This document shows, one piece after another, positions 35,185 through 48,741 of a stretch of 64,000 bases of DNA; positions within the stretch are counted from its first letter, which is position 1; every line of letters starts with the position of its first letter. The translations under genes were made by a program, and so were the position numbers. Below the pieces are notes generated by a model. The model searched no databases. It saw nothing but the letters and a program-made list of their open reading frames with translations, and was not told where the DNA came from. This DNA is from an uncultured Gemmatimonadales bacterium (lineage in GTDB: Bacteria > Gemmatimonadota > Gemmatimonadetes > Longimicrobiales > RSA9), in NCBI GenBank assembly GCA_963798085.1, contig CAWCRS010000008.1, positions 160,001 to 224,000 on the forward strand. The letters run 5' to 3'.

Positions 35185-37410
35185 ATGCCGGTCGACGTTC
35201 GATCCATCATCAAGGAATCCATCCGTGAGGCGCTGCTCGAATCGAACGTGCGGGTCGTTCGGCTCGCGATCGACGGCGTCGAAGTAACACAGGCGATCCA
35301 GTACTACCATGCGGACCAGCACCTGACGGATCCCGCGGACCGGGGCCCGGACAACTCGGTCGCACTGGTGGCGGACAAGCCGGCCTATGTCCGGGTTTAC
35401 GTGCGCGGCCTCGTCGGGCGGATCAACGACGTGGTGGCAACGGTGATGCTGCAGCGACCCCGCAGTGGCACGTGGCGGGATGACGTCGTGCTCATGAAAG
35501 CGTGGCCCTACGGCGTGGATGCGCAGGTTGCGCCGGGCTACGATGCCGAGCGAGGCAGTGTCGCCAGCACGCTGAACTTCCTGATCCCGGCGGCGGCGAT
35601 GCGCGGCCACATGCGCCTGCACGTCAAGGTCGCTGTGGCAGGGAGTGGCGCATTCGCGACCGAGACCGATGTCGAGATCCACGCGCTGCTTCTGCAGACG
35701 CTGCGCATTCGCGGCATTCCGGTGCAGTACAGCGGCGACGATGGTGCGGGCAATCTGCTGACCCTGCCGGCAACGAATCTGGCGGATTTCCAGCGGACGG
35801 TGGCGACGACGCTCAGGATGTATCCGGTGTCAAAGACGCCGGACATCAGTCTCGCCGGACTCACCACCATCGGGACTCCACTGACGGGCAGCATGGCGAA
35901 CGGCGTTTGCCCTGCCAGCTGGGGCGAGCTGCTCGTGTGGCTGTCGATCGCGAAGTACTTCGACGGGAACCGGACGGACCGCCTGTATTTCGCGCTGTTG
36001 CCCAACGGGATTCCGATCGGCGACACGGGCGGTTGTGGAGGCGGTGGCGCCGTCGGCTCGACGTTCGTCGACCAGGGCATGGGCATGGCCCACGAGCTGG
36101 GTCACGTGCTGGGGCTGTCGCATGCGCCGGGCTGTCTTCCCCGGGACGATCGAACCTTCGACCCCGACTACCCCCGCTATGAGCCCTACGACAGGTTCCT
36201 CACGCGCATGGCGTTGATCGGCGAGTACGGCACGGATGCCACCGACAGTACGATCTACCCTCCGCGCTTCACCAGCGACTTCATGTCGTACTGCAGCAGC
36301 CGCTGGATCTCGCTGTACAACTATCAGAAGCTGCTGATGCACCCCGCACTCGATCCGCAGTGGGTATCGGATCCTAACAGCAAGTTTCCATTGTATCTCG
36401 ACGACAGCGTGCGTGACCCGTTCCGGCCGAAGAGCCCGGAGCCGACAGCGCCCTGGATGGGACGATCGGTTCACCTCCTGGCGGACCCCGATCCGGTGCC
36501 GCTCATCGTGCTGCTGGGCCGTGTCCAGGACGGTGTCATTGACATGCAGCGCGTACTGCGCCTCGAGACCCGTTCCACCGCGACCGGCCAGCGACTGCAG
36601 GGTGCGATCGCCGAAGCGATCGACAGCGACGGCCGCATTGTCGCCCGCGCGCCCGTCCGCTGGCACTCGGCGCAGGCTTGCGGGAGTTGCTCCTGCGGCG
36701 GAGGCGAGGATGACGGTCCTCCCACGGGCTTCGTCGAAGCGATCCTCCCCGAGAGCGCGGATTGTACGCTTGTCAGGATCACGCGCGACGGCGACACCGT
36801 CTGGTCACGACCTGCCACCTCGTTCCCGCCGACCGTCGCCATCGTCTCGACCGACGTCACGGACGATCAGCTCACGGTCCGGTGGGATGTGGCGTCGTCC
36901 GGAGAGTACCCGATAGAGAGCGTTCTGCGCTGGACCCCCGACGCGCAGCCGACGAACTGGCAGGTTCTCGCGGTGTCGCTGCTCCAGAACGAAGCTGTCG
37001 TACCGATCGAGATGCTCGCGTCCGGCACGGTACTGCTGCAGGTGCATGTATCGGACGGATTCTACGGCGTCGAATCCGAGCCCGTCCCGGTCGACATTCC
37101 GGTGCGCGATCCACGGCCCACCATCCTCGCGCCGGCTCAGGATTCGGCCGTCCGCGCAGGCTCGCTGCTCCGACTCTGGGGCACGGCTACCGGGAGCGAC
37201 GGGCATACCCTGCCGTCTTCCGCCATGCAATGGGAGCTCGATGGCGAACCGGTCGGCGACGGTGCCGAGGTCTGGATCGAGCTCGCGGAATGGGACGGTG
37301 AGCATCGCGCAACCCTGCGCGTCACGGAAGGCGATCGTTCGGCCTCCACCGCCGTCATCTTCCTCGCCAACTGCAGCGGCCGGCTCCCCTATCGCCTGCC
37401 GCGCGAATGA
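35185..37410 (+). CDS. Metzincin-type zinc metalloprotease with C-terminal beta-sandwich domains
   Basis: HELGHVLGLSH (HExxHxxGxxH), Met-turn DFMSYC; G-rich RBS; no evident signal peptide. Confidence 0.75.
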   Translation: MPVDVRSIIKESIREALLESNVRVVRLAIDGVEVTQAIQYYHADQHLTDPADRGPDNSVALVADKPAYVRVYVRGLVGRINDVVATVMLQRPRSGTWRDDVVLMKAWPYGVDAQVAPGYDAERGSVASTLNFLIPAAAMRGHMRLHVKVAVAGSGAFATETDVEIHALLLQTLRIRGIPVQYSGDDGAGNLLTLPATNLADFQRTVATTLRMYPVSKTPDISLAGLTTIGTPLTGSMANGVCPASWGELLVWLSIAKYFDGNRTDRLYFALLPNGIPIGDTGGCGGGGAVGSTFVDQGMGMAHELGHVLGLSHAPGCLPRDDRTFDPDYPRYEPYDRFLTRMALIGEYGTDATDSTIYPPRFTSDFMSYCSSRWISLYNYQKLLMHPALDPQWVSDPNSKFPLYLDDSVRDPFRPKSPEPTAPWMGRSVHLLADPDPVPLIVLLGRVQDGVIDMQRVLRLETRSTATGQRLQGAIAEAIDSDGRIVARAPVRWHSAQACGSCSCGGGEDDGPPTGFVEAILPESADCTLVRITRDGDTVWSRPATSFPPTVAIVSTDVTDDQLTVRWDVASSGEYPIESVLRWTPDAQPTNWQVLAVSLLQNEAVVPIEMLASGTVLLQVHVSDGFYGVESEPVPVDIPVRDPRPTILAPAQDSAVRAGSLLRLWGTATGSDGHTLPSSAMQWELDGEPVGDGAEVWIELAEWDGEHRATLRVTEGDRSASTAVIFLANCSGRLPYRLPRE

Positions 37411-37720
37411 GCCGGCGGCGATCGAGCTGCTGCGCCCACACTGACACCCCTCTGCAAGGATGTCGCCAATGCCAACCATACCCTGGATCTGTTCGGCAAC
37501 GTTGATGGCGGCACATTCCGGCCAGTTCACGGGCACGGAGCACGTGAACGAGAACGATTTCACGGGCTTTCCGGTCACGGGCAGCTGGGCCAGTGGCCGC
37601 ATCAGCTTCACGGTCCAGCGCTGTGCGGGCAACGTCAAGTACACAGCCGACATGCCCACCGATGACCTCGACGACCTGACCTTCAGCTCCAGTGCGGGCC
37701 CGCTTCACATCCACAAACAG
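37411..37720 (+). pseudogene. N-terminally truncated remnant of a small beta-strand-rich protein
   Basis: Removing one T at ACATTC (37513-37518) gives continuous KDVANANHTLDLFGNVDGGTSGQFTGTEHVN...GRISFTVQR...GPLHIHK with typical codon usage. There is no start codon or signal peptide. Confidence 0.4.
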
Positions 37721-37857
37721 CGGAGTGCGCCGTTCATGCCGGCGCTCGCGGGCCGGCGCGCCGGCGCACTAACGCTTCGTCAGGCGTGCTGCTGCGCGTC
37801 CGAACCGTCGTGTCGGCTGCAGCGGCGGCGGCAACCCGGGCGCGAGGGCAGCGCATT

Positions 37858-40580
<2,723 letters not shown>

Positions 40581-40622
40581 GCATGACCCGACGCATCACG
40601 GAACGCGTGGTTAGTGCCCGGC

Positions 40623-43600
40623 TCACGAAATCACGTTCACCAGTCCGCCCAGACCGCGACGGCGCAGAAGCTCGTTGAAGGCGGCGACATCGCCGCGGAT
40701 GGCCTGCTGATAGCGCCCCGACACGGAGAGTAGATGCGTGTGCAGCACGCGCGCAACTTCGCGCTGCTGCGTGGTGGGCGAAAAGTCGGAGCTGCCCACG
40801 TCATTGGCCAGGTAGCCGAGCTGCGCGCCCAGCATCATGGGCCAGCGGATCACGTCCTGGCCGCGTCCCGTCTGCTTCAGCTGTGTCAGCTCGGCCTCGA
40901 CCGCAGCGAGCTTTCTGTCCAGCGAATCCGCGCTCGCGCGCAGATCCGCATTGGTGCCACCGGCGGCCGCACCGGCCGCCGAATCCGCGGCCAGCGTGCG
41001 TTGCAGTGACTGCAATTGCGCGCGCACCAGCTCCAGCCGGTTCACCATGTCGACGACGCCATCCAGATCATCGCGCAGCGACGTCAGCAGCGGCTGCTGC
41101 TGCGCAATGTCCTGCATTGTGCCTGTCGAGTTGGGATCCTTCAGCACCTCGAGCGGCTGCGTGTACTCGCGACCGGCCAGCGTCACGTGCACCGTGTACG
41201 TGCCGGGCGGCACCAGCAGTGACACCGGCGCAATGTCCGGCGAAGCACGCGTGCCGTCGCCGCCCACGCGCACCTCGGGCGCGTCCTCCGGCGCTGTGCG
41301 CATCTTGACGCTCTTCGACGCATCCGCGGCCAGGTCCCACCACACGCGATTGATGCCCGCCTTCGCCGGGCCCGTCAGCTTGCGCACGAGCTTGCCGCTG
41401 GCATCGGTGATGCGGATCTCCAGCGTCGAATCAGGCTTCGCCGCGCCGATCTGTGTGCTGTCGACAACGGTGTCAGCAGGCGACGACGCACTTCCCGCAT
41501 TCGCTGCGCGCGTCTGTGTTCTCGTCGCAGTCTGTGCTCCCCGGGCGGGCGTGGTTGCGCTCGTATCGCCCGGCGCACGCTTCAGCCAGTAGTGCAGGGA
41601 AGCGCCGTAGGTTGGATTCTGGCCCACCGTAGGATCGGCATCCGGCACGAACGGCGACTCGACACCGCGGAAGCGATAGGCCGACCGCGGCGCGAACAGG
41701 TGTCCATCGGCGGCCAGCGCATCCGGTGTCGCCTGCTCCAGTGCGGTGATGTCATCGAGGATCCAGAAGCCACGGCCGTAGGTCGCAATCACCAGGTCGT
41801 GGAAGTGCGGCTGGACCACGATCCAGTAGACGGGCGCGTGCGGCAGGTTCATCTGCAGCGGCTGCCAGTGGCCGCCGTCATCGAAGGAAACGTACATGCC
41901 GTTTTCCGTGCCGGCGTACAGCATGCCGCGGCGGACCGGGTCCTCGCGCACGATGTGCGTGTAGCTGAGCGGACTCTTCGGGATGCCGTCGACGATGAGT
42001 TTCCAGGTGTGGCCGAAATCACTCGTGCGATAGATCCAGGGATCGAAGTTGCCGGTCTGGTGCGCGTCCACGCTCAGGTACGCCGTGCCCGCATCCCAGC
42101 GCGAGGGCTCGATGTTGTCGATCGTGCCCCACTCCGGCAGGCCGGGCAGGTTCGCGCTCAGGTTGTCCCAGCTCTGGCCGCCGTTGCGCGTGACCTGCAC
42201 GCGGCCATCATTGGTCCCCGCCCAGATCAGCCCCGCCTGTACCGGTGATTCCGCAATGGCGAACACGACGCCGCTGTATTCGACGCCGATGTTGTCGGGC
42301 GTGAGCCCGCCCGAGCTGCCCATGCGCGTGGTGTCGTTGCGCGTGAGGTCCGGACTGATCACACGCCAGCTGTTGCCGCCATCCGTGGTCACGTGCACGT
42401 ACTGGCTGCCCACATACACGGTGTTATGGTCGTGCGGCGAGATGGTGAGCGGGAAGTTCCAGACGAAGCGGTACTTCACCGCCTTCGCCGGCCGGCCGAT
42501 GCTGGGCTCGGGCCAGACCTCGACTGCGTGCACCTGCTGCGTGCGCCGGCTGTAGCGCGTGACGATGCCGGACACGCTGCCGAAACCGCTGGCGCTCGAC
42601 CACACGACGTCGTCATCCACCGTATCCGGCGTGGCCCAGCCGCTCTCGCCGCCACCCACCGTGGTCCACGCGCCGCGCGAAATCTCGCCGCCATTGCGTG
42701 TGTTGCTCGTTCCCATCGCCGACGGACCATCCTGCCGGTTGCCGTAGACGCGGTAGGGCACGGCGTTGTCCACCTCGACGTGGTACACCTGCGCGATGGG
42801 CAGCTGCACGCGCAGCCATGTGCGGCCGCGATTCTCGCTGATCGACACTCCGCCATCGTGGCTCACGAACATGCGGTTGCCGTTCGTCGGATCGATCCAG
42901 ATGTCGTGGTGGTCGCCGCCCGGCGTCTCCGCGAAAGGTGGATCAATGACATGCTCGCCACCATCCAGCGTCTTCGACCACGACGCGGCCAGGAAGTACG
43001 CCTCGTTCTCGTCGTCGGGCATCACCGCCATGCGCGTGTAGTACGCGCCGCGGCCCGTGAGATTGCGATCCGTCGTCGTCATCTGCCACGTTGCGCCCGC
43101 GTCATCGGAGCGCCACAGCTCACCCGTGTCGGTGTCCTGCCCGTTCCAGGGCACGCCATCGCCGGTCTCGATCAGCGCATACACGCGGTTGGGATTGGAA
43201 CGCGCCACCGCCAGCCCGATCTTGCCCATGGCGTGTGTGGGAAGGCCATGGCCCTCGAGCCGCTTCCACGTGGTGCCGCCATCCGTCGACTTCCAGATGC
43301 CGCTGCCCGCGCCGCCACTCTGGCGACCCCACGTGTGGATCTCCAGCTGCCACGTGGCCGCGTACAGGATGCGCGCATTGGAAGGATCCATGACCACATC
43401 GATGGCGCCCGTGCTGTCGTTCACGAACAGCACGCGCTCCCACGTACGGCCGCCATCGCGCGTGCGGTAGACACCACGCGCCGGTTGCGGTCCGTAGCTG
43501 TGGCCCTGTGCGGCCACGAACACGATGTCAGGGTTGCCCGGATCGATGGCAATGCGCGCAATGCGGCCCGTGTTCTCGAGTCCCATGCGGCTCCACGTCC

Positions 43601-44014
43601 GGCCGGCATCGGTGCTGCGATAGACGCCGTTGCCCATCGAGATGTGGCTGCGGATGAAGGGCTCGCCCGTGCCCGCCCAGACGATGTTCGCATCCGAAGG
43701 CGCCACGGCGAGCGCGCCAATGGATTGCGCGGTCTGGTCATCGAAGATGGGCGACCAGTGGACGCCCGCCATCCGTCGTCTTCCAGATGCCGCCGGAGGC
43801 CGCGCCCGCGTAGTACGTGGTGCGGTCGCCGGGCACACCCAGCGACCGAGGACACGCGGTTGCCCTCCGGGCCGATGTAGCGCCAGCGCAGCTGCGCATA
43901 CGCTGCCGTATCAGGCGAGACGGCTGGGGGCGCCGGCGCGGGCGCGCGCCGCTGCGCCTGCAGCAGCGCCGGTGTCAACAGCAATGTCAGCAGCAGGGAA
44001 GAGAAGCGTGTCAT
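40623..44014 (-). CDS. VPS10/BNR (Asp-box) beta-propeller protein, copy 3 (two +1 frameshifts at about 43839 and about 43766)
   Basis: Signal peptide, WRYIGPEGNRV, Asp boxes, GNRQD, ISPDLT; extra G in two short G runs. Confidence 0.88.
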
Positions 44015-44078
44015 GGAACCACTCCGTGTGGTGGCCGCAGGGGCCGCGGCCTCGTCGAATTTCGCTTGCAGCTCTTTC

Positions 44079-46484
44079 TCAGCGCCCGGGCGGGATCGTC
44101 CGGATCTCGTAGCCATCAGGTGGCTGCTCGTCGCGCAGCCAGCGCACGAAATAATCCCAGCGTCGTCGCATCATGTAGTTGGATGCCGCACCGTAGCCAT
44201 GATTCGAGTTGGGAATCATGAGCAGGTCGAAGTCCTTGTTCGCCTTGATGAGCGCATCGGCCACAAGCATGGTCTGGTAGGGCGGCACGTTGGTGTCCAT
44301 GGTGCCGTGCGCGAGCAGCAGATGGCCCTTCAGGTTCTGCGCGAAGTTCTGGTTCGCCTCCGCCTCGTAGCTGTCGCTGCCATCCGCATTGCGGACGACG
44401 AGTCCCTGATAGCGCTCGCCCCAGTCGTCTTCGTTCTCGCGCTGGTCATGGTTGCCGGACTCGGCAATGCCCACCTTGAAGAAGTCGGGAAACCGGAACA
44501 TCGCAGTGGTGGTGGCGAAGCCACCGCCCGAGTGGCCCCAGATGCCCGCGCGCTGAATGTCGATCCAGCGATAACGCGCTGCCAGCTCGAACATGCCGGC
44601 GATCTGATCGGGAATCGTGTTGTCGCGGCCCATGGCGCCGTAGTACGCATCCTGGAACGCCTTCGAGCGGCCCGGTGTGCCCGTGCCATCGATGGTCACG
44701 ACAATGAAGCCCAGATCGGCCAGGGCCTGGCGATCGCCGCGCGCGGCCGTGAACGAACGGCTGCCGGTGCTGCCCGTCTGCGGGCCGGGATAGACGTTGT
44801 TCACGATCGGGTACTTCTTCGTGGAATCGAAATCAGTGGGCCGGAACAGCAGGCCGTAGATGTCGGTGCTGCCGTCGTGCGCCTTCATGCGGATCGGCAG
44901 GGGCGGCTTCCAGCCGGTGGCGAGCAGACGCGAGATGTCCGCCTGCTCCAGCGGCATCACTAACCGGCCATTCGCATCGCGCACTACCGCCACCGGCGGC
45001 ACATCCGGCTGCGAATACGTGTCCACCAGATAGCGGCCGTCCGGCGCGAGCTGCATGTCGTGGTTACCCACGCCGGGCGTGAGCGGCGTGTAGCCCTTCC
45101 CGTCCAGGCCAATGCGGTAGAAGTGCCGGAAGTACGGATCTTCGCCCGGCTCGCGGCCCTGTGCGCCGAACCACACCGTGCGCGTTGCCTCGTCCAGGCG
45201 AGCCATGGTCATGACCGGGCCCTCACCCAATGTGATGCGGTTCTTCAGCTGGCCGGTCGTGAGATCATACAGGTAGAGGTGCCCCCAGTTGTCGCGCTCC
45301 GAGTACCACACGAATTCGTTGCTGCCCCACAGCACTTTCCAGCCCGTGCGCGATTCGTACTGCGTGGGCACCGTCTCTTCGTAGACCTTGCGCACTTCAC
45401 CGGTTGCCGCGTCCGCCACACTCAGCCACGCGCGCTTGTGGTCCCGCGAGACGGAAGCGATGGCCAGCCGGGTCGCATCCGGACTCCAGTCGTAGTCGCT
45501 CATGCGGATGTCATCGCCCAGCGTGCCGCAATGGTAATCAGGCGGCATCCTCAGGCGCAGGACCGTGCCCGCGTCGACATCGATGATCACGCGGTGCAAC
45601 ATGGCCATGACGCTGTCGCCGGGCAGCGGGAACTTCGCGATGCGCAGGGCCGGGTGGCCCACGGGCTGTACGGGCGTGCTCACCAGGTACATCTCGCCCA
45701 CGCGGCGCTCGTCCTGCTGCTGGGTGGCGAGCTTCCGCGAGTCCGGTGACCACGCGACCATGGCGCGGTCGCTGCTGCTCCAGCCCGCGTTGTCCGTCGC
45801 GTAGCCGAAATACGCCTCGCCGTCCGTCGTGAGTGCGCGGTCCTGGCCTGTCGCCAGGTCGCGCACCCGCAGGTTCCAGTCGCGGATGTAAACCGCGTGT
45901 TTGCCATCGGGCGACACGTCGAGCGGCGGCTCGCCGGCGTTCCCGCCGGCCGCGCGTCCACCGCCTCGGCCGCCGCGTCCGCCCGCGCCGCCGCGGCCAC
46001 GTCCGCCCGCACCGCCCGGTCCCGCGGCAGCGCCAATGTTCGTGCACTTCGTGCCCATGACGTCGCAGGACCAGCGCCGCGCCCCGAGATCGAACGACAC
46101 AGCCTTCATGTCCGCCGCGACGTCGATCCCCTGGAAGGGCAGCTGCGTCGCGCTGTAATTCGCGCCGGTCCCGGCGGAGAGTGCGGCCGCGAGCTTCGCG
46201 TGATCGAACGCGGGCACGCGCGTTTTCCGTGCCGGATCGACCAGCATGAACGTGTACCCGTCCGCAGTCTGGCTGCGATACCAGAAGCGATCGCCGGGCA
46301 GCCAGTTCGCGTTGACCACGCCGCCCACCACGGTCCCGGCGAGGCTGGGCGCGAGAAAGCGTGCGGCGCGATCGTAGTCGGCCGCGGTGAGATGACGCTG
46401 CTGCGCGCCCCCCGCCCGGACGGCGACGGACGGGGCGAGACACGCCGCGACAATGAAGACAATGTGTCGGCTGCTCAATGACAT
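44079..46484 (-). CDS. S9 family dipeptidyl-peptidase IV-like peptidase, copy 2 (intact)
   Basis: Signal peptide; GIWGHSGGG, HGTMDTNV, NSNHGY catalytic triad. Confidence 0.93.
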   Translation of the reverse strand: MSLSSRHIVFIVAACLAPSVAVRAGGAQQRHLTAADYDRAARFLAPSLAGTVVGGVVNANWLPGDRFWYRSQTADGYTFMLVDPARKTRVPAFDHAKLAAALSAGTGANYSATQLPFQGIDVAADMKAVSFDLGARRWSCDVMGTKCTNIGAAAGPGGAGGRGRGGAGGRGGRGGGRAAGGNAGEPPLDVSPDGKHAVYIRDWNLRVRDLATGQDRALTTDGEAYFGYATDNAGWSSSDRAMVAWSPDSRKLATQQQDERRVGEMYLVSTPVQPVGHPALRIAKFPLPGDSVMAMLHRVIIDVDAGTVLRLRMPPDYHCGTLGDDIRMSDYDWSPDATRLAIASVSRDHKRAWLSVADAATGEVRKVYEETVPTQYESRTGWKVLWGSNEFVWYSERDNWGHLYLYDLTTGQLKNRITLGEGPVMTMARLDEATRTVWFGAQGREPGEDPYFRHFYRIGLDGKGYTPLTPGVGNHDMQLAPDGRYLVDTYSQPDVPPVAVVRDANGRLVMPLEQADISRLLATGWKPPLPIRMKAHDGSTDIYGLLFRPTDFDSTKKYPIVNNVYPGPQTGSTGSRSFTAARGDRQALADLGFIVVTIDGTGTPGRSKAFQDAYYGAMGRDNTIPDQIAGMFELAARYRWIDIQRAGIWGHSGGGFATTTAMFRFPDFFKVGIAESGNHDQRENEDDWGERYQGLVVRNADGSDSYEAEANQNFAQNLKGHLLLAHGTMDTNVPPYQTMLVADALIKANKDFDLLMIPNSNHGYGAASNYMMRRRWDYFVRWLRDEQPPDGYEIRTIPPGR

Positions 46485-46764
46485 GGCGCCTCCATGCAGT
46501 TCTGTCCGGCAACCCGCTGATGATAGGGTGCCGCAACCGGCGGAGCGAGCGGGCGCGGTGAGAATGGATCGCGCTGCCGCGCGTCACTCATGCGGGCTCG
46601 CCTTCAAGGGAGCGGACCACGCGCACGCGCGGCGGTTCGCCCCGGAATCACGGGCCATCAACCACTGCTCCCTTGCCGCAGCTCATGCGAGGCACCAGGT
46701 GACGTTCGCAGGACGCACGATCGGCACAAACCGACTCGCCCGGCATTTCCGCTGGGCGATCCGG

Positions 46765-48693
46765 ATGCCGGCAATCGCGCTGACGGTGCCATCACTGCTG
46801 GCGTACGGCTGCAGCGATGCGCCCACCGAGGTTGCGCAGGCGGTGGAAGACAGCGCGTACCTCGAGCCACGCGACACGCTGATCACCGCGCTCGGCGACA
46901 CGTTTCGTGTGCGCGCCAGCGCCGTGACCGCTGGCAGGGTCGCCGACCGCCGCATCGCGGTCCGTCTGACCTCGCTGGACGAGAGCATTGTCGCCGTCGA
47001 CATCACCGGCGTGGCGGTCGCCCTGCGCAATGGCGAGGCCCGCATCGTGGCCACGCAGCCGCAGGGAATCGACACGGTGCACGTCACGGTGAAGCAGACG
47101 GCAGCACTTCTGCGCATCACGCCTCGCACCGACACACTGCGCGCGCTCGGACCGGCCCCGCTGCGTCGCATTCTGCTCGAGGATGCGCGCGGTAATGCGC
47201 TCGCGGGCGCGGCAGAAGTGACATGGTCGAGCCTCGATCCGTCGATCGTCGGGCTCAGCGCAACCGGCCAGCCCTGGGCGATGGGTCCGGGTACGGCGAG
47301 GATCCGCGCGGCCAGCGGCAGCACCGCGGATACCGCGACGATTGTCGTCCGGCCCGTCGCGGTCTCGCTTACCATTGTTGCGCCCGGCGACACCTTCACG
47401 CCCGGGAGCACGGTCACACTTGCCGCCGCCGCCGCTGATAGCAACGGCTTCCCGGTGGACGGCGGCGCACCCATTGCCTGGAGCTCCTCCTCGCCCGGCA
47501 TTGCCAGCATTGATGGTAGCGGCCTGCTCACCGCGCATCAGCCCGGTGCCGCCACCATTACCGCAACGCAGAGCGGACTGCTGCCCGCCACCCTGAATGT
47601 GGTCGTCGTGGGCGGCATTGTCGCCATCACCGCGGGTGACGAGCACAGCTGTCTGCTGCAGGACGGCGGCGTGGCGTATTGCTGGGGCCTCGGCGACGAC
47701 GGTCAGCTGGGTGATGGCACGACGCAGTCCCGTCCGGAGCCGGCGCGCGTCGCGTCCAACACTGCATTTGCGACGGTCCGTTCGGGCGGCTTCCACACCT
47801 GCGGCCTGAGCGCGGCGGGTGCGCTCCTGTGCTGGGGGCGAGGTGGCAACGGCCAGCTCGGTACCGGCGCGTACGATCCGGTGAGCACGCCCATCCCGGT
47901 CAACGCGGCCCCGCCTCTCACCCTGCTTGCGCCCGGGGAAGCGCATACCTGCGGCCTGACGGCGGCGGGCACCGCCTGGTGCTGGGGCAGCAACACCAGC
48001 GGGCAGCTGGGCATCGCCAGCGCCACCGCGCTTCTTCCACTACCACAGTCCGTGACCGGTAATGTCGTGTTTGCCGACCTGTCGGCCGGCGATGCCCATA
48101 CCTGCGGCCGTACTGCGGCCGGCGCCGTATGGTGCTGGGGCGCCAACAACGCCGGTCAGCTGGGCGTGGCCACTGCACCACAGACCTGCGGTATATCCAA
48201 CTGCAGCCGCGCGCCCGTCCTGGTCAGTGGCAACCATGTGTTTGTGCAGCTGAGCGCGCGCGGCAGTCATGTGTGTGCCCTGACTGCTGCCGGCGAGACC
48301 TGGTGCTGGGGTGACAACGCGTGGGGCGCGCTGGGCGACGGCAGCACGAGTAATCGCAGTGCTCCGGTTGCCGTGAGCGGCGGCCTGGCCTTCACGCAGA
48401 TCACGGCCGGCACCAACCACACCTGCGGCCTGACCGCTGCCGGAGCCGCGTATTGCTGGGGCGACAATGCCGCGGGCCAGCTGGGCGACGGCACGCGCAC
48501 GCAACGGACCGCCCCGGCACCGGTTACGGGCGGGCTGCACTTCCGTGCGCTCAGCGCGGGCAATCATCACAGCTGCGGCCTCACAACCGCGGGTGAAGCG
48601 TGGTGCTGGGGCGCGAACGACCATGGCGAGCTGGGCAATGGCACCTGGGGCAGCGTGCCGGCACCGCTGCGCGTAACCGCCCCGGCGCACTAA
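46765..48693 (+). CDS. Lipoprotein with Ig-like (Big_2) domains and RCC1 repeats
   Basis: Lipobox AYGC; WSSLDPSIV and WSSSSPGIASID Ig motifs; about seven AGxxHTCGLT...CWGxNxxGQLG repeats. The start could be GTG 46699. Confidence 0.85.
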   Translation: MPAIALTVPSLLAYGCSDAPTEVAQAVEDSAYLEPRDTLITALGDTFRVRASAVTAGRVADRRIAVRLTSLDESIVAVDITGVAVALRNGEARIVATQPQGIDTVHVTVKQTAALLRITPRTDTLRALGPAPLRRILLEDARGNALAGAAEVTWSSLDPSIVGLSATGQPWAMGPGTARIRAASGSTADTATIVVRPVAVSLTIVAPGDTFTPGSTVTLAAAAADSNGFPVDGGAPIAWSSSSPGIASIDGSGLLTAHQPGAATITATQSGLLPATLNVVVVGGIVAITAGDEHSCLLQDGGVAYCWGLGDDGQLGDGTTQSRPEPARVASNTAFATVRSGGFHTCGLSAAGALLCWGRGGNGQLGTGAYDPVSTPIPVNAAPPLTLLAPGEAHTCGLTAAGTAWCWGSNTSGQLGIASATALLPLPQSVTGNVVFADLSAGDAHTCGRTAAGAVWCWGANNAGQLGVATAPQTCGISNCSRAPVLVSGNHVFVQLSARGSHVCALTAAGETWCWGDNAWGALGDGSTSNRSAPVAVSGGLAFTQITAGTNHTCGLTAAGAAYCWGDNAAGQLGDGTRTQRTAPAPVTGGLHFRALSAGNHHSCGLTTAGEAWCWGANDHGELGNGTWGSVPAPLRVTAPAH

Positions 48694-48741
48694 CACACGA
48701 TTCTGGGTTGACTGCGACGCCCTGCACGACGCGAGGAATGG

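Noticed and set aside
37408..37410. Read-through of the metzincin TGA into the downstream in-frame fragment
   Set aside because: I saw no recoding signal, and the metzincin ends plausibly; a truncated neighbouring gene is simpler.
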